Source: Candidatus Angelobacter sp.
GTDB lineage: Bacteria; Acidobacteriota; Terriglobia; Terriglobales; Acidobacteriaceae
Length of the DNA: 64,000 nucleotides
Assembly (NCBI GenBank): GCA_036522115.1
Contig: DATDGL010000059.1
Coordinates: forward strand, 7,896-71,895
Reading direction: 5' to 3'
This document shows positions 16,441 through 26,670 of the stretch, piece by piece (within the stretch, counting starts at the first letter, position 1; each line of letters begins with the position of its first letter). Under the pieces are notes generated by a model. The model searched no databases and was not told the DNA's origin. It saw only the letters and a list, made by a program, of their open reading frames with translations. The position numbers and the translations under genes are program-made.

Positions 16441-16950
16441 TCATCGCCTGCTCCCGGCAGCTCGGACGGGCTCGTGAAATTTTCTGACCGCTAAAATGGT
16501 GAGCACGATGAAAAGCACTAGCACGGTGAGCTGCGCCACCAGGAATGGCGGCTCAGATTGAGTGGGCGCTGCCGCCTTCAGGGCCGGCACTTTCAGGAAG
16601 CCCTGAAATACCAGGACGAAAACATTCAAGTAGAGAGCAAGCGTGGCGCTCATCACGTAAAGCCAACGCCAGGCGCCGGCAAGACGGAAAGTGTATCGGG
16701 CCAGCATCGCAATCAACAGCACCACCAGACAGATGGCGCCGATGATGTGCGACGGCAGGAGTTTATGAAAAGGAAAGGCGTATCCGCCCGCGCAGGTCAA
16801 CACGGTAGTCACCAGAAACAGTGCTGTCCAGCCATCGAGACGTTTTCCGGCGAGCAATCCGAACAGGACGATGAATCCTGCAACGATTGCCACCAAACTG
16901 ATCACCACGTGGATCAAAGTGTATGTTTCTAACGAAAGGCCGAAGACCAT
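16441..16950 (-). CDS. Integral membrane protein, unknown function
   Basis: 169 aa with about 5 hydrophobic helices. No family recognised. Confidence 0.55.
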   Translation of the reverse strand: MVFGLSLETYTLIHVVISLVAIVAGFIVLFGLLAGKRLDGWTALFLVTTVLTCAGGYAFPFHKLLPSHIIGAICLVVLLIAMLARYTFRLAGAWRWLYVMSATLALYLNVFVLVFQGFLKVPALKAAAPTQSEPPFLVAQLTVLVLFIVLTILAVRKFHEPVRAAGSRR

Positions 16951-17152
16951 ATTCCACCATCCCTTTCAGGCCGTTATGCCAGCGACTAGCGAGATTTCTG
17001 TTCTCGTTGCGGTAGACACGGCCTGGTTTTTGCCGAGGAGTTGGTAATTGGGTAAGTTGGTAAGTTGGTGATTTTGAAAGTCAAAATCAAAACCTCATCA
17101 TGTGTTCAACGGACTAACTACAGAATCGATTACTAAGTTTTTATCCGTGAGG

Positions 17153-18544
17153 CTACTGCTCCCATCCGCCGCCCAAGCTTCTATAAAGCTGAACAAATGC
17201 CAGCAGCTCATCGAGCTGGGCCTGAACCAATCCCAATTCGGCAGAGAAATAATTGGTGTCGTTGGTGAGGACCTCAAGATAGCTTGCAGCGCCACCTTTA
17301 TAGCGCATTTGGGAAAGCCGCGTCGCATCTTTTGCGGAATCCACCAGGAGTTGTTGTTGTACGCGAAATTCCTGGGTCTTGCGATAGGCAATCAGAGCGT
17401 CAGAAACATCGCGAAAAGCACCCTGAATGGTTTGCTGGTAAAAAAGCACGGCCTCCTGCTGTTGGGCCTGCGCCAGCCGGACATTGGACCGCAGTCTCCC
17501 TGCGGTAAAGATCGGCTGCGTGAGATTCGCGCCAAAGTTCCACAATCCGGCGGGGCCGGTGAACAAACTGGTCAGCGCCGAGCTTTGAAATCCGGCTGTT
17601 CCCGTGAGCGAGATGTCAGGGAAGTAAGCGGCCCTGGCTACTCCGATTTGAGCATTAGCGGAGATCAGTTGCGCCTCAACCTGGCGCACGTCGGCTCGGC
17701 GCTCCAGCAGCGAAGATGGAAGTCCGGCGGGAACTGCCGGCGGATGTTCTTGTTCGGTCAATGCTTTCCCACGCGGGACGGGGCCGGGATTTCTTCCCAG
17801 CAGAATGCTGATGAAATTCTCCTGCTGTTCAATCTGTTGTTCCAGGCTCGGGACCTCTGAAGCTGCGGTAAAAACGAGCTGCTCCGCCTGACGAACATCA
17901 AGCAAGGAAGTGGCGCCGCCCTGAGCCAACACCTGCGTCAAATGAAGCGAGTTCTGGCGCGTTCCCAGGGTCCGTTGTGAAATCTCAAGTTGCAGGTCAA
18001 GAGCGCGCAGGCGGAAATAAGCTCCCGTCAGGTTCGCGATCAACTCCGTGATGACCTCGCGTCGCGCCCATTCCGTGGCTACAAGATTTGCGCGGGCGGC
18101 TTCCGTAGCGCGGCGAAATCTTCCCCAAAAATCCAGGTCCCAGTCCAGGCCCAGCGTAGCGCGATGAGTGTCTGTCTCGACCGCAGGTAGGAAGCTCTGT
18201 TGGGCTGAGCGTGCATTGCTGGTTCCTGCCCCAGCCACAATCGTAGGAAACTGGTCAGCACGGGTTATGCCGAGCCGCGCCTGCGCCTCAAGAATCCGCG
18301 TTGCCGCAATGCGCACATCGTAATTCTGTTCCAACGCGGTCTTGATCAGCTCTTTCAATTGCTCATCTTGAAAAACTTCCCACCACTTCTCGTCAGCAAA
18401 GGACTTGACGTCGCTTTGGGCCGCTTCTTCCGGCGTTAGCCCGCGATAGGTCTGTGGAGTCTCAACTTTGGGTCGCTTGTAATTGGGCCCGACTGCACAG
18501 CCGCACACAAGAGCGATGACCACAGTAAGAACAGCAAGCTTCAT
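17153..18544 (-). CDS. RND efflux outer-membrane factor lipoprotein (NodT family)
   Basis: I take the start as MKLAVLTVVIALVCGCAVGPNYKRP (lipobox; AGGAG 9 nt upstream). An alternative ATG is at 18553. The protein has typical OMF repeats. Confidence 0.9.
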   Translation of the reverse strand: MKLAVLTVVIALVCGCAVGPNYKRPKVETPQTYRGLTPEEAAQSDVKSFADEKWWEVFQDEQLKELIKTALEQNYDVRIAATRILEAQARLGITRADQFPTIVAGAGTSNARSAQQSFLPAVETDTHRATLGLDWDLDFWGRFRRATEAARANLVATEWARREVITELIANLTGAYFRLRALDLQLEISQRTLGTRQNSLHLTQVLAQGGATSLLDVRQAEQLVFTAASEVPSLEQQIEQQENFISILLGRNPGPVPRGKALTEQEHPPAVPAGLPSSLLERRADVRQVEAQLISANAQIGVARAAYFPDISLTGTAGFQSSALTSLFTGPAGLWNFGANLTQPIFTAGRLRSNVRLAQAQQQEAVLFYQQTIQGAFRDVSDALIAYRKTQEFRVQQQLLVDSAKDATRLSQMRYKGGAASYLEVLTNDTNYFSAELGLVQAQLDELLAFVQLYRSLGGGWEQ

Positions 18545-18545
18545 C

Positions 18546-21500
18546 TTAGTCATCTCCTGATTGTGGATTGTGGGAAGGCAGAGGTAAGACACCAGCGGGA
18601 TTTGTTTCGGCGGGTCGAGCCTTGGAGAGCTTCTCCACCACGACAAATACTGCCGGGACAAAGAAAATTCCGATCGCGCTTGCCGCCAGCATCCCGCCGA
18701 TCACCGTGGTGCCCATAATTTGCCGCGCTACTGAGCCGGCGCCAGAGGCGATCCACAGCGGCACGCAGCCCAGGATAAACGCAAAAGAGGTCATCAGGAT
18801 GGGCCGGAGACGAAGCCGAGCTCCTTCCAGTGCTGCATCCACCAGGGATTTACCCTTTTCGTACTCGTCCTTCGCGAATTCGACAATCAGGATCGCGTTT
18901 TTCGCCGCCAGTCCGATCAGCATGACAAGCCCGATCTGGGAATAAATGTCGGCTTCGATCTGCACCATGTAAGGCGGGTAAAACACACTCACCAGCAAAC
19001 GCCGCAACAATAAGACCGCAAAAGCGCCAAACACAGCGACCGGCGTGCTCAACAAGACAGTGAACGGCAGGCTCCAACTCTCGTAGAGAGCCGCGAGAAT
19101 CAAGAACACAAACAGCAACGACAAACCGAAGATTACTGCCGGCGGCACGCCTTCCTGGGCCTTCTTCTCCTGAAATGAAATGCCCAGGTAGTCATAGCCC
19201 ATTTCCGGCGGCATGGTCTGGGCAAAGACCTCTTCCAGCGCGGCCATGGCTTGATTGGAGCTGTAGCCAGGCGCCGCGCTGCCATTGATTTGCGCGGAAC
19301 GAAAGAGGTTATATCGCATGGTGAATTCGGGCCCCGGACGCGATTCAAATCTGGTTAGTGCAGAGAGCGGCACCATACTGCCGTTCTGGTTCCTGACATA
19401 AAACTGGCCCACGTTCTCCGCGTTGGTCCGATATTCTCCCTCGGCTTCGATGTAAACTTGCCATTGCCGCCCGAAGCGATTGAAATAATTAATGAACAGG
19501 CCACCCATAAAGGCCTGGATGGTGCGATACACGTCGTTAATCGCCACACCCTGCTTGATCACTTTGTCGCGATCAACATCAATGAATTGCTGCGGAACGC
19601 TGCCCAGAAACGTGGTGTTAATGTTTGCGATCTCAGGACGCTTGCGCGCCGCCGTAAGGAAGGTATTTAAGTTCGAGGCCAGAAACTGGATTTCCCTGGC
19701 CGCGCGGTCCTCCAGCACAAAAGTAAATCCGCCGGAGGCGCCGACGCCCGGAATGGCCGGCGGTGAAAAGTCGAATGCAACGCCTTCCGGAAGCCGGCTG
19801 AGTTGCCCATTCAATCGCGCCTTGATCTCTTGAAACTGTTCTGCCCTGCTCCCTCGCTCACCCCATGGTTTCAGCGTTACAAAGAAGAAGGCGTTGTAGG
19901 TGGAGCGGGTGAAGCTAAGTAGACTGAAGCCGACAACACTGGTAGTCGATTCAACTCCCGGAGTGTGCGCCAGAATGTTCTCAATCTGTTGCGCCACGTG
20001 GTCTGTACGCTCACTGGAAGCAGCGCTGGGGAGTTGCAGGTTGACGTAGAGATATCCCTGGTCTTCATCGGGGAGAAAGCTGGAGGGCACTTTGCTGCTC
20101 AGGAAACCGGCCGCGACGCCAAAGGCAACCAGCAAGATCACGGCCAGGGCGCCTCTGCGAACCAGCATTCCACAAACCTTCACATAGGTGCTGGTGGCCC
20201 GGGTAAACACCCGATTGAACCAATCAAAGAATTTTCTGAGCAGGCCCTTGCTGGTTTTTCTCGGCCGCAGCAGCAGAGCAGCCAGCGCAGGACTCAGCGT
20301 GAGCGCGTTGAATGCCGAAAGCAGAACTGAAATCGCAATTGTCAGCGCGAACTGCTGATACAACCTTCCTGTGATCCCCGGGATAAAAGCTGTGGGCACA
20401 AAAACCGCCGACAACACCAGGGCGATTCCCACCACAGGGCCGGAAATCTCCTCCATGGCCTTGAACGCTGCAGCCTTGGGAGCCATGCCGTCTTCAATGT
20501 GGCGCTCCACCGCCTCCACCACAACAATGGCGTCGTCCACGACCAGACCGATGGCCAGTACCAAGCCAAAAAGGGAAATTGTATTAACGGAAAAACCGAA
20601 CAGGGGAAAGAAAATGAACGTGCCGATGAGCGAAACGGGGACTGCCAGCAGCGGAATTAAAGTCGCGCGCCATCCCTGAAGGAACAAATAGACCACCAGG
20701 ATCACAAGGACAATGGCAATACCCAACGTGACCACGATCTCTCGGATGCCCTCCACTACTGACCGCGTAGTATCGAGTGCGATGGTGTAATCAACATCCG
20801 TGGGGAAACGCTTCTTCATTTCCTCCATCAGTTTCTTCACGCCATTGGCGGCATCCACGGCGTTAGAGCCGGGAAGCTGATACACGGCGATAATGGCGCT
20901 TGGCTTTCCATTCAACCGCCCGGCAATGGTGTAATCCTGTGCCCCTAATTCCACCCGGGCAACGTCCTTTAATCGCACTACGCCGCCTGCGGGCGATTCG
21001 CGCACCACGATCTCGCCGAACTCCTCGGGCGAAGCCAGCCGGCCCTGCGCACGAACAGCATAGGTGAACTGCTGCCCTGGCGGGACAGGCTGGCCGCCGA
21101 TTTGTCCCGCGGGATTGACGGTATTCTGGGCCTGCACGGCGTTCACAATCTCCGGAACCGTGATGGCCAGCTTGGCCAGCTGGTCGGGCCTTACCCAAAG
21201 CCGCATGGCGTATTGGCCTGCTCCGAACACCTGCACCTGACCGATGCCGGGTGAGCGCGTGACAGAATCAACCAGGTTGATGTAGGCATAGTTGGCCAGA
21301 AACTTTGCGTCGTAGGTGCTCTTGGGTGAATAGACCGCCACCAGCATGAGCGGCGCGGTGACGGATTTGCGCACTGTGATTCCCAAATTGGTAACGTCAA
21401 CCGGAAGCTGGGAGGCTGCCTGCGTCTCCCTGGACTGAACAAGAATCAGGTCGGTGTTGGGATCAGTCTTGACGTCGAAATCCACTACCAGGGTGGTCTG

Positions 21501-21761
21501 TCCGTTGCCGGTCGCGTTCACGGAGTACATATAATTCGCATTGTCCACTCCGCTCATTTGCTGTTCGATAGGAGTGGCGACCGATTGTTCCAGCGTCTGT
21601 GCGTCGGCGCCAACGTAGGTTGCCAGTAACTGGATCTCCGGAGGCGCTATGCTGGGAAATTGCGAGACCGGCAGGCTGATGATGGTGACCGCTCCAACGA
21701 TCACCATCACAATGGAGATCACCATGGCGACAATGGGGCGATTGATAAAGAACCTGGACAT
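18546..21761 (-). CDS. RND multidrug efflux permease (AcrB/MexB family)
   Basis: 1071 aa. [23 protein letters not shown], 12-TM architecture, [10 protein letters not shown] motif. Confidence 0.95.
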   Translation of the reverse strand: MSRFFINRPIVAMVISIVMVIVGAVTIISLPVSQFPSIAPPEIQLLATYVGADAQTLEQSVATPIEQQMSGVDNANYMYSVNATGNGQTTLVVDFDVKTDPNTDLILVQSRETQAASQLPVDVTNLGITVRKSVTAPLMLVAVYSPKSTYDAKFLANYAYINLVDSVTRSPGIGQVQVFGAGQYAMRLWVRPDQLAKLAITVPEIVNAVQAQNTVNPAGQIGGQPVPPGQQFTYAVRAQGRLASPEEFGEIVVRESPAGGVVRLKDVARVELGAQDYTIAGRLNGKPSAIIAVYQLPGSNAVDAANGVKKLMEEMKKRFPTDVDYTIALDTTRSVVEGIREIVVTLGIAIVLVILVVYLFLQGWRATLIPLLAVPVSLIGTFIFFPLFGFSVNTISLFGLVLAIGLVVDDAIVVVEAVERHIEDGMAPKAAAFKAMEEISGPVVGIALVLSAVFVPTAFIPGITGRLYQQFALTIAISVLLSAFNALTLSPALAALLLRPRKTSKGLLRKFFDWFNRVFTRATSTYVKVCGMLVRRGALAVILLVAFGVAAGFLSSKVPSSFLPDEDQGYLYVNLQLPSAASSERTDHVAQQIENILAHTPGVESTTSVVGFSLLSFTRSTYNAFFFVTLKPWGERGSRAEQFQEIKARLNGQLSRLPEGVAFDFSPPAIPGVGASGGFTFVLEDRAAREIQFLASNLNTFLTAARKRPEIANINTTFLGSVPQQFIDVDRDKVIKQGVAINDVYRTIQAFMGGLFINYFNRFGRQWQVYIEAEGEYRTNAENVGQFYVRNQNGSMVPLSALTRFESRPGPEFTMRYNLFRSAQINGSAAPGYSSNQAMAALEEVFAQTMPPEMGYDYLGISFQEKKAQEGVPPAVIFGLSLLFVFLILAALYESWSLPFTVLLSTPVAVFGAFAVLLLRRLLVSVFYPPYMVQIEADIYSQIGLVMLIGLAAKNAILIVEFAKDEYEKGKSLVDAALEGARLRLRPILMTSFAFILGCVPLWIASGAGSVARQIMGTTVIGGMLAASAIGIFFVPAVFVVVEKLSKARPAETNPAGVLPLPSHNPQSGDD

Positions 21762-21762
21762 G

Positions 21763-22995
21763 TCAGTTGCCCTCTGCTGACACGGTTACGAGTGTCGGTT
21801 TGACAACTACTCCATCTCTGACCTTTTGCACACCCTCAACCACAACCCGCTCTCCTGGCTTCAGCCCGTCCTCAACAATCCACAGCGCGCCGGCACGTTC
21901 TCCCATCTTCACTGTTCTCATCGTCACTTTGTTGTCGTTACCCACCACTGCGATCAAATAGTTTCCCTGCAGCTCCACCACAGCTTTCTGGGGAATAAGC
22001 AGCGCGCCCGGCCTTACATAACTGACAAAGCGGACACGGCCATATTGACCGGGACGAAGAACACTGTCCGGATTGGCGAACAGGCCCGCCAGCCGAATCG
22101 CTCCTGTCTGAATGTCCACCTGGCGATCAACCGCGTAGAATTTTCCCTTTCGCGGATAAACGGAACCATCAGCAAGCACCAGTTCCAAGTCAAGCTGACG
22201 CTCCGTTTTTTCGCGGGCTGCGGCAGTGGGATTTCGTTTCACGAAAGCCAGGTATTGCTGCTCACTCGCCACAAAGTAAGCTTTAATGGGATTGAGCTGA
22301 GAGACTGTGGTGAGCACAGTTTGCGGACCCACCAGGTTCCCCACCTGGCCATTGGCGATTCCGGCAAAACCATCAATCAGCGAGCGCACGTTGGTGAATT
22401 CCAGATTCAATTCCGCCTGCTCCACAGCAGCTCTTCCGGCCTGGACGGTGGCCTTGGCGGCTAAGTAGGCTTGCTTATCGTTATCGAGCTGGCTTTGCGC
22501 AATTGCCTGTTCCCTGGCCAGCGGCGTATCGCGCTGCACATCCAGCTCCGTCTTTCCGAGCTGCGCCTCCGCTTGCGCGAGCTGCGCTTTGGCCTGATCC
22601 AGCACCGCTTCAAAGGGCCGGGGATCGATTTTGAAGAGTATCTGGTTCTTGCTTACCAGAGCGCCTTCCTGGTAGTTCTGCTTGATGAGGTAGCCGGAGA
22701 CCTGCGGCTGAATTTGGGCGTTCACAAAACCATCCAGTGTCGCCACCCATTCGTGATAGACCGGAACGTCTTTCTGGATGACTTCCGCCACCTGGACACT
22801 CGGCGGCGGAGCGGAGGCCGATGCTGACACGCCCTTACTGCTACATCCCTGCGTTGATATAAGGCAAGCAATAAAACCAAAAATAAAAAACATGGCGCGG
22901 AAATTCGCTCCGCCGCAACTTCCGGAACCGTTGCAGGCGTTCCGGTCAACAGAGGATTTGAGTGTGTGCTTTCGAGATTGCCGATGCGTCCGCAT
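21763..22995 (-). CDS. RND efflux periplasmic adaptor (MFP)
   Basis: HlyD/AcrA-like coiled-coil and barrel regions. The start is uncertain (ATG at 22995 or 22893, the latter giving lipobox [17 protein letters not shown]). The stop abuts the RND gene start. Confidence 0.88.
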   Translation of the reverse strand: MRTHRQSRKHTLKSSVDRNACNGSGSCGGANFRAMFFIFGFIACLISTQGCSSKGVSASASAPPPSVQVAEVIQKDVPVYHEWVATLDGFVNAQIQPQVSGYLIKQNYQEGALVSKNQILFKIDPRPFEAVLDQAKAQLAQAEAQLGKTELDVQRDTPLAREQAIAQSQLDNDKQAYLAAKATVQAGRAAVEQAELNLEFTNVRSLIDGFAGIANGQVGNLVGPQTVLTTVSQLNPIKAYFVASEQQYLAFVKRNPTAAAREKTERQLDLELVLADGSVYPRKGKFYAVDRQVDIQTGAIRLAGLFANPDSVLRPGQYGRVRFVSYVRPGALLIPQKAVVELQGNYLIAVVGNDNKVTMRTVKMGERAGALWIVEDGLKPGERVVVEGVQKVRDGVVVKPTLVTVSAEGN

Positions 22996-23243
22996 GGCCT
23001 TTCCTTTCTCTCTCTCCACTAATTGCTCGCCAAACTGTTTGGAATCAGTGGGCGCTTAACGTAGCGAAGCATTGGGCTGTCTTCCGATGACCCGATGCAC
23101 CGAGCCGGCCCTCGAGGCGAGCTTGCGTAGCCGAAGGGACCCGATGACCCGATTGCGTACACAACCAAAATGCCGGAAAGCAGTCAGTGGCTTTTATGAA
23201 CTGCGCTCTCAGCGCAGCGACCCCGCTGATTGCTGACTGCTAA

Positions 23244-23513
23244 TTATTGTTCACTGCTCTTCTGTTCCCTGAAGATCCACTCCCGGATGTAGGGTGGGCA
23301 ACGACGGAGTTCGATGCCTTTTCCCTCGGAGGTTCTCAAGAAGCGGATGACATCCACATCCACAAGCGTTACTTCGTCCAGATCCAGCACAATGGTTGGC
23401 CTGCCTTCTCCCATTTGGGTCTTCAATTCCTCAAGATGCTCGGAACGAATTCGACCGATCAGCCGAATCACGGTGTTGGACCCTTCCCAATCCTTCTCAA
23501 GCTTGAACGTCAT
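23244..23513 (-). CDS. STAS-domain protein (anti-sigma-factor-antagonist-like)
   Basis: MTFKLEK...TVIRLIGRI...IVLDLDEVTLVDVDVIRFL. ATG at 23513; the track starts at a TTG at 23519. Confidence 0.65.
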   Translation of the reverse strand: MTFKLEKDWEGSNTVIRLIGRIRSEHLEELKTQMGEGRPTIVLDLDEVTLVDVDVIRFLRTSEGKGIELRRCPPYIREWIFREQKSSEQ

Positions 23514-23538
23514 TTTCAATCCGTCTTGTCAGCTAGAG

Positions 23539-23554
23539 TGCAAGAAGCGGGCCA
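23539..23554 (-). promoter_or_regulatory. Sigma-54 (-24/-12) promoter upstream of the STAS gene
   Basis: The minus strand reads TGGCCCGCTTCTTGCA (GG and GC with canonical spacing). The flanking GTTGTGAA and CT are identical to the ADH promoter at 24738-24753. Confidence 0.55.
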
Positions 23555-23665
23555 TTCACAACTCGCTCAATCACAGATAGTTACTCTCGTCTGTGACTGC
23601 TGAACTCTCAGCAATTGCTGAAGACTTGGCATGACATTTACATTAACTTTCTGTTCTCGAAGCAG

Positions 23666-24670
23666 TCACATGGTAAGGACAACGCGGAATTCCGCTTTCC
23701 CGCTCATCATGCGGGCGTAGGCCTCCGCGGCTTTTGCGAGCGGGTACTTTTCGATCATGGGCCGGACGCCAGTCATCTCCGCGAAGCGCAGCGTGTCCTC
23801 TGAATCCGTGGGGATTCCGGAGGGCCAGCCTTGAAGGCTCCGCCGCCCGAAGATCAGTGCCGCCGCCGGCACTTCCATAGGTTCGGACGGCGCACCCACT
23901 ACCATCATCCTTCCATTACTTCCCAAGCCGGCGACCAGTGAGGACATGGCTTTCGCGTTTGGCGCGGTGGCCAGAATCACGCGCGCTCCGCCGAGTTTCT
24001 GCAGCTCGGACGCGGCGTCGGCAGCGCTGCTATCAATGTAGGCGTGCGCGCCGAGCTTTTTCGCCAGCGCAGCGTTCTCCGGCCCGCGCCCCACCGCCGC
24101 AACGCGATAGCCGAACTTATTTGCGAATTGAATTCCGAGGTGGCCAAGCCCGCCGATTCCCTGGACCGCAACCAAATCGCTTGGCAGCGCGCCACTGTGA
24201 CGCAACGCATTGAACGTGGTGATGCCCGCGCACATCAATGGCGCGGCTTCTGCTGTATCCCAGGATTCCGGCATCTCCGCCAGCGCTTCCACCGGCGCCA
24301 CCATGTATTCCTGGTAGCCACCGTCGTAGCTGATACCGCAAATCTTCAGGTTCGCGCAGTTGGCAAAATCGCCGCGCCTGCAAGCCAGGCATGTGCCATC
24401 CTGTCCGCCGTGCCAGCCGACGCCCACGCGCTGTCCTTTCTTCCACTGCGTAACAGCTGTCCCCACCTCATCAATCACGCCGGCCACTTCGTGTCCCGGA
24501 ACGCGAGGGTACGTAATGTTGGGGAAGATACCCTCCTTGGTGATCACATCGCTGTGACATACACCACATGCCTGCACGCGAATCCTCACGTGTCCCGGTC
24601 CGGGCTGAGGAATCTCGCGCTCAACAATTTCGAAGTCTGCTCCTGCCTTGGGCACTTGCACTGCTTTCAT
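23666..24670 (-). CDS. Zinc-dependent alcohol dehydrogenase (MDR family)
   Basis: MKAVQVPKAG...ACGVCHSDV...PRVPGHEVAGVI...GIGGLGHLGIQFA. A GTG at 24679 has better SD spacing (AAGGGAGAG) and is an alternative start. Confidence 0.9.
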   Translation of the reverse strand: MKAVQVPKAGADFEIVEREIPQPGPGHVRIRVQACGVCHSDVITKEGIFPNITYPRVPGHEVAGVIDEVGTAVTQWKKGQRVGVGWHGGQDGTCLACRRGDFANCANLKICGISYDGGYQEYMVAPVEALAEMPESWDTAEAAPLMCAGITTFNALRHSGALPSDLVAVQGIGGLGHLGIQFANKFGYRVAAVGRGPENAALAKKLGAHAYIDSSAADAASELQKLGGARVILATAPNAKAMSSLVAGLGSNGRMMVVGAPSEPMEVPAAALIFGRRSLQGWPSGIPTDSEDTLRFAEMTGVRPMIEKYPLAKAAEAYARMMSGKAEFRVVLTM

Positions 24671-24737
24671 TTTCGCCACTTGTTTTCTCTCCCTTTGCTC
24701 CCGAATACTTTCGGTTGACACTTCCAGACTGTTGCAG

Positions 24738-24753
24738 TGCAAACGATGGGCCA
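24738..24753 (-). promoter_or_regulatory. Sigma-54 (-24/-12) promoter upstream of the ADH gene
   Basis: The minus strand reads TGGCCCATCGTTTGCA, matching TGGC-N8-TTGCA. It lies ~70-85 nt upstream of the ADH ATG, with a sigma-54 activator gene further upstream on the same strand. Confidence 0.65.
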
Positions 24754-24824
24754 TTCACAACGCCTCTCAAATGGGGCCGGATCCGCACATTCTGCGCATG
24801 TGATTCAGGATTAAAGGGAAAAGT

Positions 24825-24866
24825 CGTTGCAGAATCCGTTGCAGATGCGTTTTTCGTTGCGGAATC
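24825..24866. promoter_or_regulatory. Candidate upstream activator sites: three CGTTGC(A/G)GA(A/T)(T/G)C repeats
   Basis: CGTTGCAGAATC at 24825-24836, CGTTGCAGATGC at 24837-24848, CGTTGCGGAATC at 24855-24866. They also contain the inverted pair GCAGAT...ATCTGC and lie ~70-115 nt upstream of the -24 element. Confidence 0.35.
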
Positions 24867-24941
24867 TGCCAGCAGCGGCAGGGTGACGGTCCCAGGCCTG
24901 GTTAATTCCTCCTCTGCGGCCACCTATGCGCAGCCAGGGGA

Positions 24942-25199
24942 ATGCGGGCTGGATTCGCCCAATTCACCGCGTTTTCTCAGGATGCGGCGGACAATAAAAT
25001 CTTCGAGCAGGTCAAGCTGACTATGCCCGTACTCGCTGTCGGCGGAGAGAAGTCATTCGGTCCGTTGCAGGCCGTGATCATGCGCAACGTAGCGACAAAT
25101 GTTCAAGAGGCGATTGTCCCAGGCTCCGGACATTGGTTAATGGAAGAGCGGCCCGCCTATACAGTCAACTTGATTCGCAAGTTTATTGACTCCCCGTAA
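24942..25199 (+). pseudogene. 3' fragment of an alpha/beta-hydrolase gene
   Basis: Only the C-terminal ~85 aa are present (PVLAVGGEKSF...VPGSGHWLMEERP, the catalytic-His region). No nucleophile-elbow region appears upstream in any frame. Confidence 0.6.
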
Positions 25200-26670
25200 A
25201 CTTGAATCGATGTTTGTTAATTTGCAGCGCTTTAATTTTTGAGTCAAGAGTCTGGCGCGGAACCCCCAGCCTGGCGGCCGCACCTGCCGGGCCGGAAATC
25301 CTCCCCTGGCACTTCGCCAATGCCGCTTCTATGATTCCCTTTTCGCTCCGGATAAACTCTCTGTCGCGCTCGACCAGAGTACCGGCAGCAAAGACGACTA
25401 ACTTAGGCGGCTGGCTGGACTCTGGCTTCAGCCAGGTTTCGTCAACCGAGAACGTTTCCCCATCGCACAGTATGACGGCCCGCTCGATCACATTCTGCAG
25501 TTCACGAATATTTCCCGGCCAATCATAGGCCTGAAACAGTTCCAACGTCTTCTTCTTGATATTTCTGATCTTCTTTCCGGATTTTTTGGCATAGCGCTCA
25601 ATGAAGTATTCCACCAACAAAGGAATATCATCCACTCGTTCGCGCAGCGAGGGCATTTGAATGGGGAAGACATTCAGCCTGTAGAAGAGGTCGGCCCGGA
25701 ATGTGCCCGCGGCCACAGCCGCCTTCAGGTCGCGGTTCGTGGCAGTGAGCACTCGCACGTCCACGGAGATCGGCTGGTTGCTCCCAATGCGTTCAAATTC
25801 CCGCTCCTGCAGCACCCGCAACAGGGCGAGCTGGGTCTCTGCCGGGAGTTCGCCAATTTCGTCCAGGAAGATGGTTCCACCATTGGCTGCTTCAAAACGG
25901 CCTGGACGCCGTTGCAGTGCTCCCGTGAATGCGCCTTTCTCGTGTCCGAAGAGTTCAGAAGCGATCAACGAAGAAGGGATGGCGGCGCAATTCACGCGAA
26001 TAAAGGCCCGCATGGAGCGGCGTGACTGTCTATGAATGGCGCGCGCAATCAGTTCTTTTCCAGTTCCCGTTTCACCGAGAATGAGCACCGTGGAATCCAC
26101 GCGCGCTACTTTCCCCACTTCCGAAAGTACGCGGCGCAGCGGCCCTGAGGACCCCACGATTTCCTCGAACATCGAAGAGCGATCGATTTCTTCGCGCAGC
26201 GCCAGATTTTCGTTGCTCATCCTCTCTTCCGCCTGCTTGCGGTCCTCAATGTCGGTTCCGGTCGCATACCAGCGAACAATTCGGCCTTGTTCATCCCGCA
26301 ATGGCTTATAGTGGACAAGCAACCAGCGGTAACTCCCGTCTTTATGCCGGGCCCGCTGTTCGTTCTCAAATGGAACTCCGCGGGCCAGCGCCTTCTGCCG
26401 CTCCTTGCGCAGCCTCTCTACATCTTCCGGATGAAAGACCCGTTCACGAAAGTCCGGCGCCATTACCTCTGCCATGGCGAGGCCGGTGTACTCCAACACC
26501 GCTTGGTTCGCGTACAGGGTTTTTCCATCAGGCGAGAGCACAGTGATGAGATTGGGAATGGCATCCACGATGTGCCAATGTTCAGCTTCCGATTTCTCGA
26601 TAGCATCAAGCGCGGGTTGAAGAGTCAACTCCGGGTCGATCATAACTTCCTCGGCTGAAATCGCGTCCAC
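25183..26670 (-). CDS. Sigma-54-dependent transcriptional activator with N-terminal PAS domain
   Basis: PAS region, AAA+ GETGTGKE, the EKGAFTGA sigma-54 contact motif, and a C-terminal Fis-type HTH (AAARLGVPRQTLDSKIKAL). Confidence 0.92.
   Translation of the reverse strand: MDAISAEEVMIDPELTLQPALDAIEKSEAEHWHIVDAIPNLITVLSPDGKTLYANQAVLEYTGLAMAEVMAPDFRERVFHPEDVERLRKERQKALARGVPFENEQRARHKDGSYRWLLVHYKPLRDEQGRIVRWYATGTDIEDRKQAEERMSNENLALREEIDRSSMFEEIVGSSGPLRRVLSEVGKVARVDSTVLILGETGTGKELIARAIHRQSRRSMRAFIRVNCAAIPSSLIASELFGHEKGAFTGALQRRPGRFEAANGGTIFLDEIGELPAETQLALLRVLQEREFERIGSNQPISVDVRVLTATNRDLKAAVAAGTFRADLFYRLNVFPIQMPSLRERVDDIPLLVEYFIERYAKKSGKKIRNIKKKTLELFQAYDWPGNIRELQNVIERAVILCDGETFSVDETWLKPESSQPPKLVVFAAGTLVERDREFIRSEKGIIEAALAKCQGRISGPAGAAARLGVPRQTLDSKIKALQINKHRFKFTGSQ

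Noticed and set aside
23623-23638. A sigma-54-like string TGGCATGACATTTACA on the + strand.
   Set aside because: The -12 element is TTACA, and it points into the 3' end of the convergent ADH gene, so it has nothing to drive.
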